Assembly (NCBI GenBank): GCA_963716745.1 | Contig: OY970320.1 | Location: forward strand, 288,001-352,000 | Reading direction: 5' to 3' | Origin: an uncultured Gemmatimonadaceae bacterium | GTDB taxonomy: Bacteria > Gemmatimonadota > Gemmatimonadetes > Gemmatimonadales > Gemmatimonadaceae | Length of the DNA: 64,000 nt | Shown here: positions 59,531-64,000 of the stretch, in pieces | Layout of the letters: each line of letters opens with the position of its first letter | How positions within the stretch are numbered: the first letter of the stretch is position 1 | Translations under genes and position numbers: made by a program | Notes under the pieces: generated by a model | Databases searched by the model: none | What the model saw: only the letters and a program-made list of their open reading frames with translations | What the model was told of the DNA's origin: nothing

Positions 59531-60009
59531 CAGGAGAGGCCGGGAGTGCGCTCGGCGGCGAGCCGCGCGAAGGCGCGCCGGATCTCGCGCTGCAGCTCGT
59601 CGAACGTTTCGCGGTACAGACTCAGCTCGCCGCCGAAGGGATCGCCGATCGGGCGGTCGGTGGTGCCGCGCGAGCTGAAGGATGTGAGCAGGTGCGTCTT
59701 ACCGCGCGCGCCAAGCGCTTCGATGCGTTCGAGATGATGCGGCCCCATGGCGAGGATGAGATCCGTGCGGTCGAGCAGATCGCGCGTGAGCAGTCGGGCC
59801 TTGTGCGGCGAGAGATCGATGTCGTTCTCGAGGCTCACGAGCAGCGCGCCATCCGAGGCCGGCGCGCCTTCCCACGCCGCCGTACCTGCGGACCCGATCT
59901 CGAGGTCGGTGAGTCCCAGTTCGGGCGCGAGCCGGCGCGCGATGGCTTCGGCCATCGCACTGCGACAGGTATTCCCGGTGCACACGAACAGGATGCGCAT
60001 ACGGCTCAC
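59530..60009 (-). CDS. Low-molecular-weight phosphatase, YwlE (protein-arginine phosphatase) type
   Basis: P-loop FVCTGNTCRS and DPFGG loop. Confidence 0.85.
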   Translation of the reverse strand: MSRMRILFVCTGNTCRSAMAEAIARRLAPELGLTDLEIGSAGTAAWEGAPASDGALLVSLENDIDLSPHKARLLTRDLLDRTDLILAMGPHHLERIEALGARGKTHLLTSFSSRGTTDRPIGDPFGGELSLYRETFDELQREIRRAFARLAAERTPGLS

Positions 60010-60674
60010 TGGTCTCCGATCAGATCGGGCACGCTGGCGCGCAGCGTAGCCGAGGGGATGGCCCCAGGGCGTATCACGCGCAAACGCTTACCCGTGCAAT
60101 CTATCACTGTGGAAGGCTGGGACGGTTGCAGGCGCCCGCCGTCGAGCACTCGCAATGCGCCGGCGTTCACCGCGGCGGGCCACTGCGTGGTGACCTCGCT
60201 CGCGCTCATCGCCGGCGGACTGCCGGGGAGATTCGCGCTCGTGCTCGTGATCGGCTCGCCGTACGCCATGAGGAGGCGCGCGATGCCGGGGTGCGAGGTC
60301 CATCGCACGGCGACGCCGCCCTCGGGGCCGCGGAGCCGCGACGGCACGCGCCGCTCGCCGCCGGGCAGCACGAGCGTGAGCGGGCCGGGCCAGTGGCGCG
60401 CGGCGAGATGCGCGGCGTCGCCGGCGAGGTGGAGATCCAGGCGCGCGACCATCTCGCTCGACGCGACGAGGATGAGGAACGGTTTGCCCGGCTCGCGCCG
60501 CTTGAGCGCGACGAGGGCATCGACCGACGGCTCGTCGATCGCGCCGCCGAAGCCGTACACCGTTTCCGTCGGGTAGGCGAGCACGCGCCGCGCCGCGAGA
60601 TGCGCGATGGTACCGGGGATGCTCGACTCGATCTCGGCGGGCGACCAGAATGGGACCGCGGCGGGCTCCGTCAT
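60006..60674 (-). CDS. tsaC: L-threonylcarbamoyladenylate synthase (TsaC/Sua5 family)
   Basis: PTETVYG, LKRR, WPGPLTLV, TSAN, PSTVID, IRPG. Confidence 0.92.
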   Translation of the reverse strand: MTEPAAVPFWSPAEIESSIPGTIAHLAARRVLAYPTETVYGFGGAIDEPSVDALVALKRREPGKPFLILVASSEMVARLDLHLAGDAAHLAARHWPGPLTLVLPGGERRVPSRLRGPEGGVAVRWTSHPGIARLLMAYGEPITSTSANLPGSPPAMSASEVTTQWPAAVNAGALRVLDGGRLQPSQPSTVIDCTGKRLRVIRPGAIPSATLRASVPDLIGDQ

Positions 60675-61360
60675 GTGAGCGGCATCGCCTCGGCACGCGC
60701 GAAGTCCGATTCCTCGGTGATCTTGAACGCGCGCGCGCTGCCCGCCACGATGCGCACCGGCAAGCCGATGCGTTCGCAGAGCGCGGCGTCATCGGTCGCG
60801 TTCGCGCCGCGGGCTTCGCGATACGCGCGCTCGATCATCGCGCGCGGGAATCCCTGCGGGGTTTGCGCGCTCCAGATCTCCTCGCGCGCCAGCGTCTCGG
60901 ACACGAGCCCCTCGCCGTTCGCGCGCTTGAGCGTGTCGGTCACCGGCAGCGCGGGCACCGCGCCATCGCCTGCGCGCGCCGCGTCGACCACGCGCGAGAT
61001 GGTGGCGTCGTCCACGAACGGCCGCGCCGCGTCGTGCACGAGCACGAACTTCACCTCGGGCGGCATGTCTTCTAGTCCCGCGAGCACGGAATCGCCGCGC
61101 TCACGACCGCCCGCGGCGAGGAGCAGCCGGTCGATGTCACATTGGAAGATCCATGGCGGCGGGTCGGCACAGTAGTCGCGCGGCAGCACGCACACGACCT
61201 GCGCCACGTCATCGCGCGCCATGAACGTCTGCAGCGAGTGGAGCAGCATCGGTTTGCCCGCCACCCAGCGGAACTGCTTCAGTTCCTTGCTGCCGGTGCG
61301 TGTGCCCTTCCCCGCCGCGACGATCACGACGCCCACGTCGCGCACGGCCGCGCCGTTCAC
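60671..61360 (-). CDS. ispD: 2-C-methyl-D-erythritol 4-phosphate cytidylyltransferase
   Basis: AAGKGTR, KQF, VHDAARP, AQTPQ, TDDA, KIT..SD. Confidence 0.95.
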   Translation of the reverse strand: MNGAAVRDVGVVIVAAGKGTRTGSKELKQFRWVAGKPMLLHSLQTFMARDDVAQVVCVLPRDYCADPPPWIFQCDIDRLLLAAGGRERGDSVLAGLEDMPPEVKFVLVHDAARPFVDDATISRVVDAARAGDGAVPALPVTDTLKRANGEGLVSETLAREEIWSAQTPQGFPRAMIERAYREARGANATDDAALCERIGLPVRIVAGSARAFKITEESDFARAEAMPLT

Positions 61361-62748
61361 GGGAAGAGCGCCGCGAAGAGGTCGCTCACGGTCTTCACGC
61401 CCACGAGCTTCACGCCGGCCGGCGCGCGCTTCGGCACGGCGCGCGCGCCGAGGTACACCGTGCGCATGCCCATCTTGGCCGCTTCGCCGATGCGGCGCTC
61501 CGCCTGCGACACCGGCCGCACTTCGCCCGCGAGGCCTACCTCGCCGAGGAACACGGCGTCGTGCGGCAGCGCGCGATCGTACACGCTGGACGCGAGCGCC
61601 GCCGCGACGGCGAGATCGCCCGCGGGCTCCTGCACGCGGAGTCCGCCCACCACGTTCACGAACACATCGAGTTGCGCGAACGAGAGCCCCGCGCGCTTGT
61701 CGAGCACCGCGAGCAGCAGCGCGAGCTTGCGCGAGTCGAACCCGGTCGCGACGCGCTGCGGCGTGCCGAAGCCCGCTTTCGCCGCGAGCGCCTGCACTTC
61801 CACGAGCAGCGGGCGCGTTCCCTCCATGAGCGCCGTGACCGCGGTGCCGCTCGCCGACGTCGCGCGGTCGGAGAGGAACAGTTCCGATGGATTCTCCACG
61901 GCGATGAGCCCGCCCGCGGTCATGCGGAAGACGCCGATCTCATCCACGCCGCCGAAGCGGTTCTTCGTGGCGCGGAGCACGCGCTGGTCGAGCGTGCCCT
62001 CGCCCTCGAAGTAGAGCACCGTGTCCACGATATGCTCGAGCGTCTTCGGGCCCGCAATGCCGCCGCCTTTCGTCACGTGCCCCACGACGAACACCGACGT
62101 GCCGGAGTCCTTCGCAAAGCGCATGAGCCGCGCGGCGCACTCGCGAACCTGGCCGACGTTCCCCGGCGCGCCCTCGAGGTCGCCGGTGAACACCGTTTGA
62201 ATCGAGTCGACGAACAGCGCGCGCGGCTCCATCGCGGCGCCGGTCGCGAGGATGGTCTCGAGTTGCGTCTCACTCAGCAGCTCGACATCGCCCGCGTTCT
62301 CCGCGAGCCGGTCGGCGCGCAGCTTCACCTGGAGCGGCGACTCCTCGCCGCTCACGTAGAGCGTCGTGTGCCCCGCCTGTTGCAACCGCGCGGCCACCTG
62401 CAGCAGCAGCGTGGACTTCCCGATGCCGGGCTCGCCGCCCACGAGCACCATGCTGCCCGGCACGATCCCGCCGCCGAGGACGAAGTCGAACTCCTTGATG
62501 CCCGTGGTCCAGCGGCGCGATTCGGATCCCTGCACCGCACCGACGCGCTGGGTCTTCGCGACCGATCCGCCCTCGCCGAGACTTGCCGGGCCGGCGCGCC
62601 GCCGCGCGGCACCGCTCGAGACCGGCGCGGTCATCATTTCCTCCACGAGCGTGTTCCATTCGCCGCACGCATCGCAACGCCCCGCCCACTTCGGATGCTC
62701 GGCGCCGCACTCGGTGCAGCGATAGACCGTTTTGGTCTTCGGACTCAC
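61357..62748 (-). CDS. radA: DNA repair protein RadA/Sms
   Basis: CTECG...CDAC, GEPGIGKST, KNRFG, GEVGLAGE. Confidence 0.97.
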   Translation of the reverse strand: MSPKTKTVYRCTECGAEHPKWAGRCDACGEWNTLVEEMMTAPVSSGAARRRAGPASLGEGGSVAKTQRVGAVQGSESRRWTTGIKEFDFVLGGGIVPGSMVLVGGEPGIGKSTLLLQVAARLQQAGHTTLYVSGEESPLQVKLRADRLAENAGDVELLSETQLETILATGAAMEPRALFVDSIQTVFTGDLEGAPGNVGQVRECAARLMRFAKDSGTSVFVVGHVTKGGGIAGPKTLEHIVDTVLYFEGEGTLDQRVLRATKNRFGGVDEIGVFRMTAGGLIAVENPSELFLSDRATSASGTAVTALMEGTRPLLVEVQALAAKAGFGTPQRVATGFDSRKLALLLAVLDKRAGLSFAQLDVFVNVVGGLRVQEPAGDLAVAAALASSVYDRALPHDAVFLGEVGLAGEVRPVSQAERRIGEAAKMGMRTVYLGARAVPKRAPAGVKLVGVKTVSDLFAALFP

Positions 62749-64000
62749 GCGCCCTGCGTGCGCGCGGTGTAATTCTCGAACCGCGTGTACGCCTTATGGA
62801 AGAAGAGATGGGCGGTGCCGATCGGTCCGTTGCGCTGCTTGCCGATGATGATCTCGGCGCGTCCCGCGACCGCGTTGCCATCCTTGTCGGTGGCGTCCGG
62901 GCCTTCGTACACCTCGGGGCGGTAGATGAACATGACGAGATCGGCATCCTGCTCGATCGCGCCGGACTCGCGCAGGTCCGACAGCTGCGGACGCTTGTGC
63001 TCCGCGGTGCGCTGCTCCGGCGCGCGCGAGAGCTGCGACAGCGCCACCACCGGCACATCGAGTTCCTTGGCGAGCGCCTTGAGCGAGCGGGAGATCTGGC
63101 TGATCTCCTGCTGGCGGTTCTCGGAGCTGGGCGGTCCCTGGATGAGCTGCAGATAGTCCACGACGACGAGTCCGATGTTGGCGTCCACTTTCAGCCGCCG
63201 TGCCTTCGAGCGGATCTCGAGGAGCGTGATGGCGGCCGAGTCATCGATCCAGATCGGCGCACTCGACAGCACGCCGGCCGCGCGCGCCATGCGGGGGAAG
63301 TCGTCGTCGCGCAGGAGTCCCTTGCGGAGCTTCTGCGCATCGACGCGCGCCTCGGCGGTGAGCATGCGCTGCACGAGTGCTTCTTTACTCATTTCCAGTG
63401 AGAACACCGCCACCGGAATATTCTTCTCGATGGCGGCGTATTGCGCGACGTTCAGCACGAACGCCGTCTTGCCCATGGACGGGCGTGCCGCGACGATGAC
63501 GAGGTCCGAGTTCTGGAAGCCCGACGTGAGCTCGTCGAGATCGTTGAAGCCGGTGGGCACGCCGGTGATCGTCTTGCCGCCGCGCTGCAGCGCCTCGATG
63601 CGCTCCATCGTGGGCCACATGAGTTCCTTCACGCGCATGAAGCCCTGCGTGCCGCGCTGCTGGCTCACCTGGAAGACGCGGTGCTCCGCCTCGTCGAGCA
63701 GCTCCGCGGCGGTGGAGGTGCCGGCGTACGCTTCGCCGATGAGCGCGGTGCAGGTCTCGATGAGCCGCCGCTGCAGCGCCTTCTCCTTCACGATGCGCGC
63801 GTGATACTCGACGTTCGCGCTCGTCGGCACGGCGTCGAGCAGGAACCCGATGTAGTCCTTGCCGCCCGCGCCTTCGAGTTCGCCGTGGCGCGACAACTCT
63901 TCCATGAGCGTGAGCGGATCCACCACGTCGCCGCGCTCGGCGATCGACGCCATCGCGCGGAAGATGCGGCGATGGCCTTCGCGGTAGAACATCGTGTCGT
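62745..64000 (-). CDS. dnaB: Replicative DNA helicase (5' end outside the window)
   Basis: AARPSMGKT, FSLEM, VDYLQL, LSQLSR, DLRESGAIEQDAD, KQRNGP; no intein in the visible part. Confidence 0.97.
   Translation of the reverse strand, partial: DTMFYREGHRRIFRAMASIAERGDVVDPLTLMEELSRHGELEGAGGKDYIGFLLDAVPTSANVEYHARIVKEKALQRRLIETCTALIGEAYAGTSTAAELLDEAEHRVFQVSQQRGTQGFMRVKELMWPTMERIEALQRGGKTITGVPTGFNDLDELTSGFQNSDLVIVAARPSMGKTAFVLNVAQYAAIEKNIPVAVFSLEMSKEALVQRMLTAEARVDAQKLRKGLLRDDDFPRMARAAGVLSSAPIWIDDSAAITLLEIRSKARRLKVDANIGLVVVDYLQLIQGPPSSENRQQEISQISRSLKALAKELDVPVVALSQLSRAPEQRTAEHKRPQLSDLRESGAIEQDADLVMFIYRPEVYEGPDATDKDGNAVAGRAEIIIGKQRNGPIGTAHLFFHKAYTRFENYTARTQGA

Overview
High-GC bacterial core-genome window. 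Gene order and content suggest a diderm, menaquinone-using aerobe; Gemmatimonadota is my best guess (inference, not tested). About 62 genes lie almost all on the minus strand in long, translationally coupled runs. Right to left: dnaB(partial)-radA-ispD-tsaC-YwlE-type phosphatase-aroE-comF-gap-small membrane ORF-pgk-tpiA-secG-carA-HU; moaDEA; mdh-sdhCAB; a plus-strand dcd and lipoprotein pair; complete nuoA-N; PMM/PGM-UPF0182; arcC-sucCD-ndk; yceD-rpmF-plsX-fabHDG-acpP-fabF-mqnE-mqnA-mqnC-ispF-xerD-trpG-like-outer-membrane protein; kdsB-pyrG-kdsA-kdsC-kdsD-lptC-lptA-lptB-rpoN-GT2(partial). At least ten genes carry single-base insertions, probably sequencing or assembly errors. I saw no rRNA, tRNA, CRISPR array, prophage or transposase. 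The main oddities are three families of intergenic palindromes built from 7- or 9-bp periodic units (including a duplicated ~200-bp MITE/REPIN-like element), an LptB with an extra ~155-aa N-terminal domain beside a ~480-aa LptA, an orphan carbamate kinase heading sucCD-ndk, and a probable protein-arginine phosphatase. None is a proven new system.
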